The position numbers were made by a program, and so were the translations under genes. A stretch of 64,000 nt of DNA from Paraspadella gotoi (Eukaryota > Animalia > Chaetognatha): positions 14,891,918 to 14,955,917 of the forward strand of contig CM119269.1 of assembly GCA_051294375.1 (NCBI GenBank). The letters run 5' to 3'. The notes under the pieces are model-generated. The model had not been told where the DNA came from. It saw nothing but the letters and a program-made list of their open reading frames with translations, and searched no databases. The stretch's first letter is position 1, and every line of letters begins with the position of its first letter. This document shows, piece after piece, positions 1-15,295 of the stretch.

Positions 1-1157
1 AGTTATTAGCATATAGACAGACTGATCCGACCGAAAGTGACTTAGAGTTGCTCCGCAAGCGAACGGTGCTGCACACATGCAATTTTTTTTTCACTCTCAG
101 ACGTGTGGCCGACAAGACAGCCGGCCTCTAGCCGCCTCATCCGCGAGTGGCTGACTCGTTGCAAGGGTGTTCGATAACCACCATGTAAAGGAAAGCCTCG
201 TCAAAAGTGTATTAGACTTTTATTAATTGGTGATTAACGGTATTTAAAGCATTAAAACACGTTGCATTGTTTTGCAAGGCTTGTAAACTTAATTAGAAGC
301 CAATTTCTATAAGCTAATATAACTTCTAGGTAAGCAGTAACATAAAAACAAACAACTGAGGAAAAATCTTTTCGAAAATTTTATTTCCCTTTAATTTCTA
401 TCTTAAATAAAAATTTCAGCGAAGCTGGATAACTTCATTTCATTTCACTGGTAAATTAGTAATATGTAAAAATTTGACAACGAGAAAAATTTTCCGTAAT
501 CTATAGACATGAAAATCTTTTAAAAACTACACGCCATCTATAATGACTACATATGCTGGAAGAAAACGGCGAAACGTTTTCCATTTTTTTTTAAATAGTT
601 TGTACTAGCGCGTCAGAAATCTTAAGAGAAAGTCGAAAATTTTATTCCGAAAAAAATTATCTTTTAATGCATACGTTTGGTACTATATCTCAGAAACCAG
701 TGCAGGAATTTAAAAACGGTTTTTTGCATGCTAATATTGACATCATTCTCTGTGGATCGGCATAAAAATATATACAAAAATAAATCATTATCAATTCTCT
801 GATGAGGTATCTAATGTCAAAACAAAAAAAAAAAAAAACAACGCCGCCGCGTTTAAAAAAATAACCGAGAAGCATCAATCGATGGACTTATGCTTCCACC
901 CCCGACTGCTCCTCGCAGGCGTCTCGATGCTGGCACCAAAGGACAGGCGCGTTCTCGGCCGGCACTGGCCCCCACGTTTCACGTTCGACAGGTCATCCCA
1001 TTACTCGGTCGGTATGGAAAAGAGAGGATTCACAAGATGCGGCACCGTTGGTTCTATGTAGAGAAGTGCGGAGAGAAGGTTTAATAAAGTTATCTTAAGA
1101 GTAAGAGAGAAATCTCTCTCTCTCTCTCTTCTCCCTCTCTATCCCTTTCTCTCTCTC

Positions 1158-1204
<47 letters not shown>

Positions 1205-2464
1205 ACGGCCCATCAAAGAATATTCAACGCCCCCCACCCCCCAAAAAAAACGGCCGTCTACGTCGTGCCCCGCAACAGTCAAATCGGCGCCCCCCGGAGG
1301 AAGCCCGATGCGACAGTTGAACGAGGAGCCGACAGCATACTGCTCCTGAATTTGCTCCACGAGGAACAGCGAGAAGGCCTTGATGATTTCAGACAAAAGG
1401 GTGAGAGAAGAGATGAGAGAGAGAGGAGAGATGAGAGAGAAGAGAGAGGATGAGGGAGAGAAGAGAGAGATAACAAATCAATGAGAAGGAGAAAGAGAGG
1501 AGGGAAAGAGAGAGCAAAAGAGAGGAGAGAAGAGGGAGAGAAGAGAGAGAGATGATGAGAGAGAGAGAGAGAAGAGATAGATGAGAGAGAGAAAACAAAC
1601 AAGAGAAAGAAAGAAGATGAGGAAAGAGAGAGCGAAGAAGAGAGAGAGAAGAGGAGAGGGAGAGAGAGAGTAGGATGGGAAGAGAGAAATAACAAATCAA
1701 GTTAATTAAGTCCCATTGATATAATCTTAGATAAGTGTGAAAAAAAAGAAAAGCTTTAGTCCTTTCTATCTTTTCCCACCCAAACTTTTTTTTAATAGTA
1801 AGCGCAGTGTGGACGAGCCCTCCCGAAGGCCGCCCTTCTTCCCGCAAGTCGCGGTCCACTCGATGCCCTCTCCTCCATCTTCGAGAGGACAAAAGAAATG
1901 CGACAGATATCTCGGACGCCACCGATCAACGTGCTGATGTCGACAAGGATGTGCTGAGAATCAAAGAGAATCTGATACTACTGTATCTATCCGAATCAGT
2001 TAGGAGTCTGCCCAGTTATAAGTTGGAGCCGGATACGTGCAATCTGGAAAGAGGAGCAGTTGAATCTATTGTGAAACCGAGAAAGTTGTGATTGTAGAAT
2101 ATCCAGAAGTTGAAAAAATCATTATACTAGGCTGTTTGAATGCTACGAATACGAATTTACGAAGTATAACTAAACTGTTAAAAATTTTGAAAATTGAGTA
2201 ATATTTTAAATACTCTTCATTTGTACTAGCCTTGTTTTTGGTTGACGTTCGTTTTGTTAAGACGTGAATCCTACATTACACGATAATTTAATCATCACGA
2301 GATGTCGCAAGTAATATTGTTGCGCTCTCTACCTAATCTTCGTCGCCTTCAGTTTTAATGATGCCCATTTGGTATTTGCTATTAACGTCGTCGCCGCTGA
2401 TCTAAGAAAATCATTAAGAAGAGATGAGAGAAGAGAGACGAGGAGAGAGAGAAGAGAGATAAGA

Positions 2465-2497
<33 letters not shown>

Positions 2498-3356
2498 AGG
2501 GGACCGTTACCTCCGATGACTGGCTCGATAGCTTCCCGATTTATACAGTTCCGTTCCATTTTTATGAAATTCCGTTTTTTTTCTCGTTTCTTCTCTTCTT
2601 CTTTCTCCTTTTCTCCTTTTGTGGATTCACCAGCGATGAAACTAGAATTTTCTAGAAGAAAGGAAATGGATGGAAATTTTTAAAAAATTATAGTGGGGGA
2701 AAATTTGGAATGAGATTTGCAAGAAAAGAAGAAGAAGAAGAAGGAAAAGAAGAAAAGAAGAAGAAGAAGAAAAAGAAGAAGAATAGTGAGGGAGAGAGAG
2801 AAGGAGAGAGTGAAGAGAGAGAGAGGAGGGAGAAAGAGAGAAAGATAAGGGAGAAAGAGAAGAGAGAGAGAAGAGAGAGAATATCCAACAATTCATCCAA
2901 GTTAATTCGGAGGAATTTGAATCTTATTAATTAATGGTCATTAATCCATTTTTCCAAATCCCCAGTGACCAATGTGAAATCCTTTTTCCGCTTTTATCTC
3001 TTCTTTGATCTTTTTTTCTTTAAATTTTCATTCCTTATCTTGCCCTGAACATTGGAGCACTTAGGGTTTAGCCTTCCATCTCTTCTACAATAGAAAACAT
3101 ACATAGTTAAAACTTGGCCCTCCTTATCAATAATCCAATTATTTCTTCTTTAACTTTTGATCTTTTATAGTGATGGTGTTCACTTAATGTACAAACATTC
3201 TGTGATCCTGATCGAAAAAAATGTTTGTGATGTCAAACATTTATAAAAATCATCAACAGCAATTTTTGGGGTTTTTCAGGCTTTAATGGAAAGATATTAT
3301 GATTTCATATTAAACGTTTTCACAGCTTGAATTTGGGTTTAAATTTTAAGAGAGAG

Positions 3357-3403
<47 letters not shown>

Positions 3404-4248
3404 AGAGAAGAGAGAAGAGAGAGAGAAAGAGGAGGAGAAGAAGAGAGAAAGAGGATTTTGTTTTTTGCCGAACAGCTCGAAATATCCAACAAAACTACGC
3501 GAATCAGTTTCTCGCGTAAAAAAAAATTTACTTGAAGATGGACCTTTTTCAGTTTTTGTGTTTTTGTTAGTTTTTTTCTTTCTTGTTTTTGTTTAGTTAC
3601 GAAATTCGATCAAATTGTGTAAGTTGGCGAAAAGTTAAAAACCACTGTGCTCTTTTTCTTCTCCACTTAAATCTGAAATTTTTTTTGCGGAATTCCAGAC
3701 TTCTTTGGAATCGATCGACGCGAACAACGACAGATGACGACGACGTAACGACGACGACGCCGGGTCATCCTTCCTTTGAGATGCTGCGTCTCTTCTCCAC
3801 ACACTCTTCAACCTTCCGTCGAGTTCGCCTTCGACGAAGGCTGCGAGCTTCAGTCAGATCGATTGGGCCTGAGACGAGTGGAAAGAGCCGGAAAAAAAAC
3901 GAAGGTGACAGGCAATTTTTTTTTAATGACATCAAAATTATAATTATAAAATATTTTTTAATTAATCTAATTGATATTAACCTTTATAACTTTTTAAATT
4001 AAATTAAAAATAACCCAAATTATTTAAATATAATTTATAAGATAAAACTAAATTTAATAAATTTTGAACTTACATCTTATAAAAAATTCCAATGATTTTA
4101 GCTCCGTGAGGCTTTTAATCATTGAAATGTCGACGAGCATGAAAAATGAAATGATTTTGTCGGAAAAAGAAATGTATGCTTCTCTCTCGTCTCTCTTCTT
4201 TCTCTCTCTCTCCTCTCTCTCCTCTCTCTCTCTCTCTCTTCCTCTCTC

Positions 4249-4279
<31 letters not shown>

Positions 4280-5586
4280 TTCTCTGACTTTTGATGTTCA
4301 ACAAAAGAGTATACTCGACCACTCATCCAGAACACAACAAAACACCCATTGTATCACCACTCAGATCACAGTCCCACACACAAACACAGACCCGACAGTC
4401 CCACACTCAAGACTCAGACCGACAGTCCCAACACAAAAATATCACAGACGTATTGTTGTCATAAAAGCAACTCTTTCTTAACCCAATTTTTTAACGAATT
4501 TTGTTTTTGAAAAGTTTTTTTTGAGGGATGATTGCAAGGACGGGGAGTCGGGAATAATGGTCGCCATCGCAACCTGAATCTCGTCCACTTGTCGGTTTGC
4601 TCGACTTGTCGGTTTGTCAACTTGTCAGGTTTGTAACTGTCCGTTTGTCACTTTTTTACGGTTCAGTACTCCTTCAGTGTATTTCAGTCTTGAGAGAACT
4701 GAAATTGGAGCAGAAAATTTAATGATGTATTAAAGAGAAATTTTTTAATAAACTAAAGAATAAAAATCGAGATGTACGTTTACGTAAATAGATATACTGA
4801 TAATATTAAAATGTAAATTAAAAATTGATTTATCTTGTTTTGTTTTCCATTCATCTTTAGTTTCTTTTTTTTTTTTCTATCATCTCAATTTTTACGCCTT
4901 TTTATTCCCATATTTCTTTTTTCGATCAGTAAAATAAAAATTTAAAATTTTTTTAAAATTTTCTTTTTTTTTCTTTTCGGCTTGAGTAAATGTTTAAAAA
5001 ATACCAACGAAATTTGGACCACCAGCAGTTTTTAACGTTAGTTTTTTTTTTTTTATTTTTTTTCATATNNNNNNNNNNNNNNNNNNNNNNNNNTCATAGT
5101 AATTTTTAAAAAAGTCTTTAAAACATTCAATGATAGCTAGGTTCTGAAAACATCTCCCTAAAGTAAAAATAATTGAACCACATAAAAGAGACATCCCACT
5201 GAGAAAAAAAGATGAAAAAGAAAGACGAAAAAGAAAAAAAATTAAGAAAATTTAAAAAAATAAAAAAAACTGTGTGGCTCCATTTTTTTTTGAAAGTTNN
5301 NNNNNNNNNNNNNNNNNNNNNNNNNNNNNNNNNNNNNNNNNNNNNNNNNNNNNNNNNNNNNNNNNNNNNNNNNNNNNNNNNNNNNNNNNNNNNNNNNNNN
5401 NNNNNNNNNNNNNNNNNNNNNNNNNNNNNNNNNNNNNNNNNNNNNNNNNNNNNNNNNNNNNNNNNNNNNNNNNNNNNNNNNNNNNNNNNNNNNNNNNNNN
5501 NNNNNNNNNNNNNNNNNNNNNNNNNNNNNNNNNNNNNNNNNNNNNNNNNNNNNNNNNNNNNNNNNNNNNNNNNNNNNNNNNNNNNN

Positions 5587-5622
<36 letters not shown>

Positions 5623-5861
5623 AATTCGTTCGTAGCCGGAAATCGACCTTTGAACCCGGATCTTCCTTCCATTCGCCTCGTGGTGGAAGAAAGTGATGAA
5701 CAATTCCTCTTTGTGTATAGGCATGTACAGTTGTAAAAGAAATTTCAATACAATCGCGTTGATAGAATTGACTCAAAATGTTTTACACCGTTAAGAATTT
5801 CAGAAAAAATTGTGTTTTCGTTTTTTCCATCGTAGTCATTTTTAACCTTCCCATCGTCGGG

Positions 5862-5925
<64 letters not shown>

Positions 5926-5947
5926 TCATCATCATCATCATCATCAT

Positions 5948-6000
<53 letters not shown>
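5862..6000. repeat. Compound (GTC)n-(ATC)n microsatellite
   Basis: Directly visible; similar tracts at 5587-5620, 16470-16502, 19665-19697 and 42297-42363. Confidence 0.95.
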
Positions 6001-6449
6001 ATTTATCATCGTCATCGTCCTTCCAATAGAAAAAAAAATCATGATGCGACTAAATATTGCGTGATATCCACTCAGCAAGAGAGGACGACGACTACGACGA
6101 CGACGACGACGACCACGACGACGCACGATTCCGCCCCTTGGACGTTGATGTCGCAATCGCCACGCGTTTCTCCAAGAGACTCTTGGCTCTTGGATCCTTG
6201 CATTCCATGTCCCTTGGCGATTTCCCATCGCTCTGTTGGAGAAGAGGCTGGAAGCATCGGTTGGTCGTTAAACAATGTATGAAATAACATTTATTATAAT
6301 TTTAGATTGAGATGATCAGTATGTAAATATTTTCATCGTCACGTGCTTAAATGATGTAAACAGTTATTTTGTTTTGAGATTGTTTCTTTAAAACCAAAGT
6401 GTTATTTGTTTTGAACTATTGAACAGCTGAGTATGAAAAATTAAAAGAT

Positions 6450-6915
6450 AAATAAGAAAAGAAAAAAAAGAAAAGAAAAGAAAAGAAAAGAAAGAAATTG
6501 AAAGAAAGAAAAGAAAAGAAAAGAAAGAAAAGAAAGAAAAGAAAAGAAAGAAAAGAAAGAAAGAAAGAAGAAAAGGAAAAGAAAAGAAAAGAAAAGAAAA
6601 GAAAAGAAAAGAAAGAAAAAAAGAAAAGAGAAAAGAAAAGAGAAAGGAAAAGAAAAGAAAAAAAGAAAAGAAAAGAAATAAAAGAAAAAAGAAAAGAAAA
6701 GAAAGAAAAGGAAAAGAAAAGAAAAGAAAAGAAAGAGAAAAGAAAAGAAAAGAAAGAAAAAGAAAAGAAAGAAAAGAAAAGAAAAAAAAAAGAAAAAAAA
6801 GAAAGAAAAGAAAAGAAAAAAGAAAAGAAAAGAAAAAAGAGAAAAAGAAAAGAAGAAAAGAAAGAAAGAAAAGAAAGAAAAAAAAGAAAAGGAAAGGAAA
6901 GGAAGAAAGGAAAAG
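6450..6915. repeat. (GAAAA/GAAA)n polypurine satellite
   Basis: About 460 bp that is almost purely A/G; explains the spurious K/R/E-rich ORF. Confidence 0.95.
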
Positions 6916-7559
6916 ATAATTTTATTCTTATTAAACGGCGGTGTCTTGATATTAACTCAAGTGACGAACCTCCTCAATTCGATGGCGACAAAAATCAAAC
7001 AACAACAACAACAACAACACGACGACGACGACGACGACCCCTATCACGGATGACTTTCCTCCTTCTTTCACTTTCCCTTTTTTTCTTTCGACTCAAGATG
7101 AAACATTTTCTCCCTTATTGTCGCCGAAATTCGAATGGCATCCGTCGATGGCATCGGCGGATCTGGCGGACGGCATATGCCACGGCGAATGGCATCTGTC
7201 GCGGCGAGAGATTCGAGATTCGCCGGAAGAAAAGAAGATTGAGAACGCGGGTCACGCTGGGTCAGTGAATCGAGGAAAAGGAGCGTGGTGTGAATTCGGA
7301 GCGGGACTCACTGATCGCTAATTGATTTGTGAGACGTCGGTAATGAGAAAAACGTGTCGGTAATTAGGGGATCATGGAATAAAGGTGAGGGGAAAGGGAT
7401 CAGTACCTTTGAACGAAGCCCGATTAAGAAAATCTGTTGATTGTATTAGTACCATTGGTAAGTTTGGAAAAAATGTGGAGAATTGTAAAAGTTTCATCAA
7501 AGAAACTCGAGGATTCCGTATAATCGGAAAAAGAATTGAATTCCCTTCCGGAGACCGAC

Positions 7560-8195
7560 GCACTCATCCGACACTGAGCCCTGGTTACAATATCTAGCCA
7601 CTGCCAATCCATACTCAAATGGGCGCATGTCACAAAAGATGGACCGCTGACGCCCGGGCCCACTTCTATACCTACACATCAGCCGTTGGGGGGGCGCCAT
7701 TACCGTCCCCTCGAACCTGAACGGTACCCGACGATCCACGAAGACACTGCTACCACCAACCTCCTAAATGAGCACCCGATTCTCATCAGGTCGAGTGACA
7801 CAGACTCCGATATATACCAACTACTGACCTCCGTCGCTAGCACACCACGAAGCCTATCTGTTACGGACCCAGACTGACAAATAGAAAGTGCGCTAGATCT
7901 CTAGCCTCAAAACTACTCCGGCGCAATGTCCCCACACTTCACCCTTCTATACGAAATACGTCTAGGATATACACCGCCTCCGGATCCCGGTGAACCATCC
8001 ATTCCATACATACACCCTACAAACATCAGATCACCGCCTTCACTTCGCCAGACGCTAACTAGAAGTAAACCACATTCGCCCCACACAACACGAAGCAGTA
8101 ACAACCCTGACTTGACTCGACGACATGGAGCCGTCCCTAGCACACTCGATTCACCATGACAGTCTCTAACGCTTACAAACACCCATATAACGCCC
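7560..8195 (+). mobile_element. Possible decayed retroelement (Penelope/LINE) fragment
   Basis: C/A-skewed, non-repetitive island without splice signals and with broken frames. RSPPSLRQTLTRSK resembles the RxPxNLRxxLVRSK linker of Penelope-like elements. Confidence 0.25.
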
Positions 8196-10352
8196 ATCCC
8201 CCCCCCAAAAAAAAGATTTTAAAAGATATGGGTGTGAAAAATATTGCATGTAAAAAACTCAGGTTAAAACATACCTGCCGTGCCCAAAAACCATGCTTGG
8301 CATGTCCATTAACTCACAGTAACTCGTGAAGAGAAAGAGAATAACAAAACTCGTCGAAAGATTAGGTTTGGTTTCCGGAACAAAATCTGGCGAATTCGAG
8401 ACGAACATATTATATTCGCCTCGCCTTCGAACTCACCTCGTGGCGACTTACCTTTACTTGTGAGTCAAAGCTGCTTACCCCCTGAAGACTCGAGTTGTGA
8501 ACTTACTCTCTTTTTCGAGATTTTGCCGCAGTCAATCAATTTCAATTTCTTTCTTCTCTTTCTTTTCTTTTCTTTCTTTTCTTTCTTTCTTTCTTCTTCT
8601 TTCTTTCTTCTTCTTTCTTCTTCTTTCTTTCTTCTTTCTTTCTTCTACTCTTTCTTTAACTTTCGTATCATTCTCGTCCTCTTCTTTCTCCTTCCTTCTC
8701 CTTTCTCTTATTTCTTCTTTACTTCCTTGATATTATTTATTTTCTTCTCTCTCTTTTCGTATGTATGAACTTTAAAAATTTCATCCCAGACAAAAATAAC
8801 ACTGATTTCTCTCTCTCTCTCTCTTCCTCCTCTCTCTCTCTCTCCCAAAATACAGCAGGGTGTTCGTCCATCTCTAGCCTTACTTAACGTGCTCGCTAGT
8901 CTCAACGCTCCTGTCCGTCCGCGCTCATCTCATGGGACACCTCGTCTCTCTCCGTCCTCTCTCTCTCTCTCTCTTCCTCTCAGTCTCTCTCTCTCTCTCT
9001 CTTCTTTCGACGAATCGGATTTCGAATGTTTGATCTTATCAAAGTCATATTTATTTAACAAGGTCCCTTTAATGGTCGATCATTTACTTTTTTATTTTGG
9101 TAATGAGTTAAAAAAACATCGATATTCAACTTCATCTCATCATCGGCAACGAGAATCCAAGTATTTCGTTCACACTCGAACATTCATCACAATCGTTCAC
9201 TATTATCACCATTATCGTCAAAGACAACAACAATAAGAACAACAATAAAAAATGACTATGAAGATGATGATTATGATGTGAAGATGATGATAATGATAAC
9301 TATGGTCTAAGTGGTAATCCGAGGCGACATATATTATATATGAATAACAACAACCTCAACAACTAAACGTAGACGACGACAAAAAAACTCCGACGTCATA
9401 GATACTCGTAGTGAAGGAAAAAAAAGACGATCCTCACATATTTCATTTTTAAACCCAAAACGATCACCGATTCACCGCTGCTCTTTTTTTTTCATTTCCT
9501 CTGAGATAAAAAAAGTCTTACTTTTCTTTTGAAATTCGCCGCGAAAAGTGAGAGACTAAAAAGCGGATGATTCCTCGCGGGGGTCAGTGGATCACTGTGT
9601 GGATCACTGTTTGGATCACTGTGGAAGTGGGAGGAGGGAGGGAGGGAGGAGGGAGGTAGATGCATACCGCATAATTACTTACTGCAAAAAATTTAAAATA
9701 TTTTTTTAATTTTTAAAAGCTAATCTTAATTGATTACTTATGGTGGATATTGCTTTTACAAGCAATTAACATTATTCATATTTTAAAATGTAATACTAAT
9801 TTTTATACTAAAAATCAAAATTTTTGATTTTAAGTAATAATTATTTAATTATCAAAAATTTAATATGATATTAAATAAAATATTTTATAAAATATTTCTA
9901 GTTATTTACTTTTGATGTATTATTATTATTATTTCTAAAATTATTATTAAAATCAATAAAAAAAAACACTCTTGAGTATCATTTACCTCGGAGGAGGAGT
10001 AAGGAAGAAAGGAAACTAGGCGGAGGCAGCGAGGAGGGTAAGTCCAGGTGAGTTTTTTCTCTCGACCTTCAGCCTTTAATTCTCACGTCGAATTATTTAC
10101 TCACTGCATTAATTCTCTTCCTCACTCACTCGCGATAAAAAAGGAGCCAGAAAAATAGAAATAAAAAAAGGGAAATAATGGGGGGCGAGAAAAAAAAGGA
10201 AATTTTTTTTTCGAGTGAAAAAAGGGAATTTTTTTTTGTACGTCGAAAAAAATGAAGGGCCGAGGCCTGAGTTATGTTTGATATATTAGGGACCAGGTAT
10301 TTATGGAAATGCCACTTGTTCAAAGAGAGCTTAAATAAAAGAGAGTTGTTCT

Positions 10353-10413
<61 letters not shown>

Positions 10414-10895
10414 GAGGAGAGAATTCTGCGGAGGAGCTGGTTAAGAACCTGGATTACGGTAAATACTTGTCGAAAGTGCTCAATCCGCGGATGTAATTGG
10501 AAAGTTCGTGAATTCTATCACATCCGGGTATTTAGGCTAATATATTCGTTGTACTTTTGTTTGAAAAATAATGGACGAAATTCACATGAAACCATTTAAA
10601 ATGTCAGGATTGAAAAAAAAAAAAAAAATCTAAACACAATTCGGAAAATCCCAAGAAGGAATTTCGTCTGGCTCGTAATTTTTCGAAAATGAATACGAGA
10701 GCTAATTTTTTTGGGAAAAAGGTCTGTTTGTATAGACTCTCTTTTTCTTGAGTTTGCGTAGGTCAAATTTGGTTGTTTAAGACCTGCTTAAGATTGAAAG
10801 GAAGAAGGAAAGCAGGCATTCGTATCGAGTCGTCACTTTACGAACGATTGAACAGTTTCGTTGTTAGTTAATCTGCGAAACGTTTCGAGAACCAC

Positions 10896-10930
<35 letters not shown>

Positions 10931-12506
10931 CTTCTGTGAATGTTCCATCAAATTTCACATTTTCGATATTTTTGCCTTTTCACGGAAACAAAAAATTTTC
11001 TTTCAATATTAATGTTTCACTTATTGAATCCAATCTAAAAAGATCAAAAGGATGGTAGTCATAAAAATCCTACATTTGACAATTGACTTGGTCGGGCTTT
11101 TAATGAGCCCCGTTTGTTCGACGACGACGACAACGACTAACGTATCACATCCAATCGACTTCTCCCATGACCATCGACTGACCTGTCCTGACCTCACAAA
11201 GTGAAGCCTCTGCGATTCACTGCCTTTTATCGCCTCTTTGTCGAATCACAAAAAGCGTTTGTCCTCGATCCAGAAATCGTGAATCGCGAGCAATCGCGAA
11301 TTCTCACCTCCATTCGCTCTCGTTCTCTTCCTCTTCCTTCTCCAATTCGATATCCACGTTGTCGCTCCTCGTCTTTCCTTTAGCCCAATCAGAAGATGTC
11401 GGCCCAAAAGTTTGGTCAAATCAACGTCGCTCTATTAATGTTTGTTCTTTCATTCGCCAATCATCGTCTTCTGTTCCTCGCCTATTGGCCAATGAGAAGT
11501 CCAGCTTTGTTTAGTTTGTTAAATGACGATATTGTTCTCTCAAAGCAGGTACAAGGAACGAAACTCTCTCGGGGTTCCTCTTTGGGAAATTCTTACTCCG
11601 TCCTCTAATTGGGGGGGAATTTTGTCCCTTTATTAAGGGTAAGTAGCGTGGGGAGCGGGGGGAGGGTAAGGAAAGAGGCCGGTTGACTCTGAGAAGTTTT
11701 GACGAGGACACAAGGAGAAAAGGCTCGAAACGATTTCTGTCAAGATTCTTAAATTTAGAAACAAGAAAAAAAAGTTTTACTATTTTCTTAAAAAGTAAAC
11801 AAAGCTCAAATATTTGTTTGTCATATTGAAAAGGGATCAATGTAGTACATATACCCACGTCGGTTTAAAAGAGGAAATAAATCACATTAGTTTTTTACCT
11901 TGCTATTTACACATTGGTTTTACAAAAAGAAAGGAATATCAGAACATCTATACATATATTCAGACTACCTACTTAATTAAATACATATGTCTATCATGCG
12001 CCTTTTTATCCCGACCATATTTTTCCTTTTCAGTGTCTCTTTCCCTTCCGTCTCTCTCTTTATTTATTTCGAACCATCTTCCCATTTTCTTCCACCATCT
12101 GGAACTTTCAATCTCTTTCCTATCTTCGAGTCTTCATCTCTTTTTTTCTTTTTTTCTCTTTTTTGTTTGTTTTTTCTAATCTTCTAGTAAATCTCCTTTC
12201 TTTTGTCGCCCTCTCGTCATTTCTCATCATTTCTTCTCTTCTCTTCCTCGAGAATCTTTCCACAATCTTCACAGATTTACTTTTTTTGTTAAATCGTTTT
12301 TCTTCTTCGGTTTTTTTATTATTCTTTAAAAGTATATTTAACTTCTTATATTATTACAATATCTTTTATTAGTAATAAGTTATTTTCTTTTATCTCCTTC
12401 AACACAAACGCCCCAAAAATAAACTCGTTTTTGTTTCTTTCGCTTGTATTTTTTTAAATAATAGGAAAAAAAAACGAACAAAAATAGTAAGATTGGCTCA
12501 TTTTTC

Positions 12507-12537
<31 letters not shown>

Positions 12538-12893
12538 GAGAAAAAATCATGTAGGCTGAAGGGAAAATCTCTCTCTCTCTCTCACTCTCTCTGACTCTCT
12601 CTCTCTCTCTAGCAATCAACTTCTGTCAACGCCTAAGTATTTGGTACTCATTTCCCAGTCTCCTAGTTTCCGCCGGGAATGAGAGGGGGCTCCCTCGTTT
12701 CTTTCGAGTCCAACATTAGCTGACCCTTTTTTGTTTCGCCCCGCGGTCATTCGCGCAGCGCGATATCGCTCTTCGCAATTTCGCTTTAAGCCTCCGACTC
12801 TCTTCCCCTTTCCTTTTTCCTCATTTCTCTTTTCTTAAATTGCTTCACCTCAGTTTTTAACCCCAGTGTTGGTATTTTTGCAAGTGCTCTCTG

Positions 12894-12926
<33 letters not shown>

Positions 12927-13205
12927 ATCACCACAACCTATTCATCCCCTTTCCCCAGGCAGAAATCGCTGAATAACGAGGTCGGATATAACGAAGTTCG
13001 CGGACAACGAAACCCGATCGATCGAACTCTGGATTCGAATCAAACTTTCGCGCCAAATCATCTCATTTAATCAGATCGATGACTTGTCGAGAAGTCAAAT
13101 TTTGAAGAGGATTTAAGTAACCAATTAAAAGATGAATAGGGTTACTGGTTACCACTGGATTTTACGCTGAGAAATGTTGACGTTATTTTTAGTGAGCGCG
13201 CGTGC

Positions 13206-13248
<43 letters not shown>

Positions 13249-13698
13249 GAGAGAGAGAGAGAAGAGAGAGAGAGAAGAGAGCAGAAGACGTGAGAGAGAT
13301 TCCGATGAGCCAGGATCGAGAGAGAGAGAGAGGAAAACGGTTTAATGAGTCGGGGTTAAGTTAATACTGTCTCCCTCCAACGAGAGCGAGTGACTTTTTA
13401 GACTTTGATCGAAAAGATTTGATCCATAAATTCGGCGGCGAATTTTATGATTCGAGTTTTGATCACGTGATGAGGAAATTTAATTGATTCACTGACCCGA
13501 CGAGCGACCGTGAAAGTTTACATCACAGTCCAATGACTTAAAACACAATTGAAAATTTCGCGTGACCCTTAAACTCCCGGATGTTGCCAGGCGGTGAGTT
13601 CACGGAGTCAGTGAGTCCGTGAGTCCATTTGCCTCAGGCCTTACTGGAAACCGAATGCGTTCGGCGAAGGCGTTCGTTGGGAAGGAATCGGATTCAGT

Positions 13699-13795
<97 letters not shown>

Positions 13796-15295
13796 TCGGC
13801 GCCCCACGACCCCGCGGATCCGGAGATTGGTACGAAATGGCCGAAGGGAGAAAAGAAAGAAATCGAGGAAAATAAACGAATGAGATGAATTTCGTAATTA
13901 GAGTTAAACGTCTTGCCGGCGGGAAGGGGGAGTTGGAGGAGACCTGGCTGGGATGGATGGATGATTGGACAGATGGATGGATGAACGGAAAAATGATTGG
14001 TGAGAGAGAAGAAAGGAAGGATGAACGGATAGCTTAAAGATTAATTTATGGATGGATGGATAGATGGATAGACGGATGGTTAAGAGGATATATGAACGGT
14101 AGGATGGATGATGGGTTTGATGAGATGCTCGGATAGATTGATGGATAAATGGAGTACTTAAAGTAATGCAGGGATGGATGGAGGGACAGATGGTTAGACG
14201 GATGGATAGGAAGAAAGGATAGTGTACGGATGATTGGATAACTGGATATAAAAAAAAAACGCCGGGATCGATCCTAATAGGTGAGATTTTCTTTTCGGGA
14301 AACTTAAGACCTCAACATAATTAAATATAATTTCATCAATGATACGAGACCAAAAGAAAAATCGCATCGATCGGCATTTCGGCCAAAAAAAAAAAAAAAA
14401 NNNNNNNNNNNNNNNNNNNNNNNNNNNNNNNNNNNNNNNNNNNNNNNNNNNNNNNNNNNNNNNNNNNNNNNNNNNNNNNNNNNNNNNNNNNNNNNNNNNN
14501 NNNNNNNNNNNNNNNNNNNNNNNNNNNNNNNNNNNNNNNNNNNNNNNNNNNNNNNNNNNNNNNNNNNNNNNNNNNNNNNNNNNNNNNNNNNNNNNNNNNN
14601 NNNNNNNNNNNNNNNNNNNNNNNNNNNNNNNNNNNNNNNNNNNNNNNNNNNNNNNNNNNNNNNNNNNNNNNNNNNNNNNNNNNNNNNNNNNNNNNNNNNN
14701 NNNNNNNNNNNNNNNNNNNNNNNNNNNNNNNNNNNNNNNNNNNNNNNNNNNNNNNNNNNNNNNNNNNNNNNNNNNNNNNNNNNNNNNNNNNNNNNNNNNN
14801 NNNNNNNNNNNNNNNNNNNNNNNNNNNNNNNNNNNNNNNNNNNNNNNNNNNNNNNNNNNNNNNNNNNNNNNNNNNNNNNNNNNNNNNNNNNNNNNNNNNN
14901 NNNNNNNNNNNNNNNNNNNNNNNNNNNNNNNNNNNNNNNNNNATCGACCTCAGTAGATCTCTCATAAAATCCTCGTCTTCCTTTTCTCATCCAAATTCTT
15001 GGCCAATCTTTTTCTCTTTTAGTCGCTTCCGTCGTTGTTGTTGTTGTTTTAGTTCACGACGACAAATCCTTTTTTTTTCCGTGAATCTCATTTCGATTTT
15101 ATTTCCTTTTCTTCAAATCTCATCCTCCGATTCTCTGTCACCCGGAAATCCGGACCTCAAAATAAAAAATAAATCTTTTTTTTTTTTTTTTTTTTGATTC
15201 CGCAAAATCTTTTTTTTTCTTACACTAAAGCGCGAGAATGGATTTTCCCGTTGTGGTCAGATTAAAACTTTTTTAGATTAAACCAGCCGAGGACC

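Noticed and set aside
4290-4480. LINE 3'-end remnant (KHPLYH...RLRPTVPTQKY)
   Set aside because: The resemblance is too short and frameshifted to support a call without a search.
6498-7268. 256-aa K/R/E-rich ORF and the many ER/SL/poly-X ORFs in the track
   Set aside because: They are translations of microsatellites or run through N gaps.
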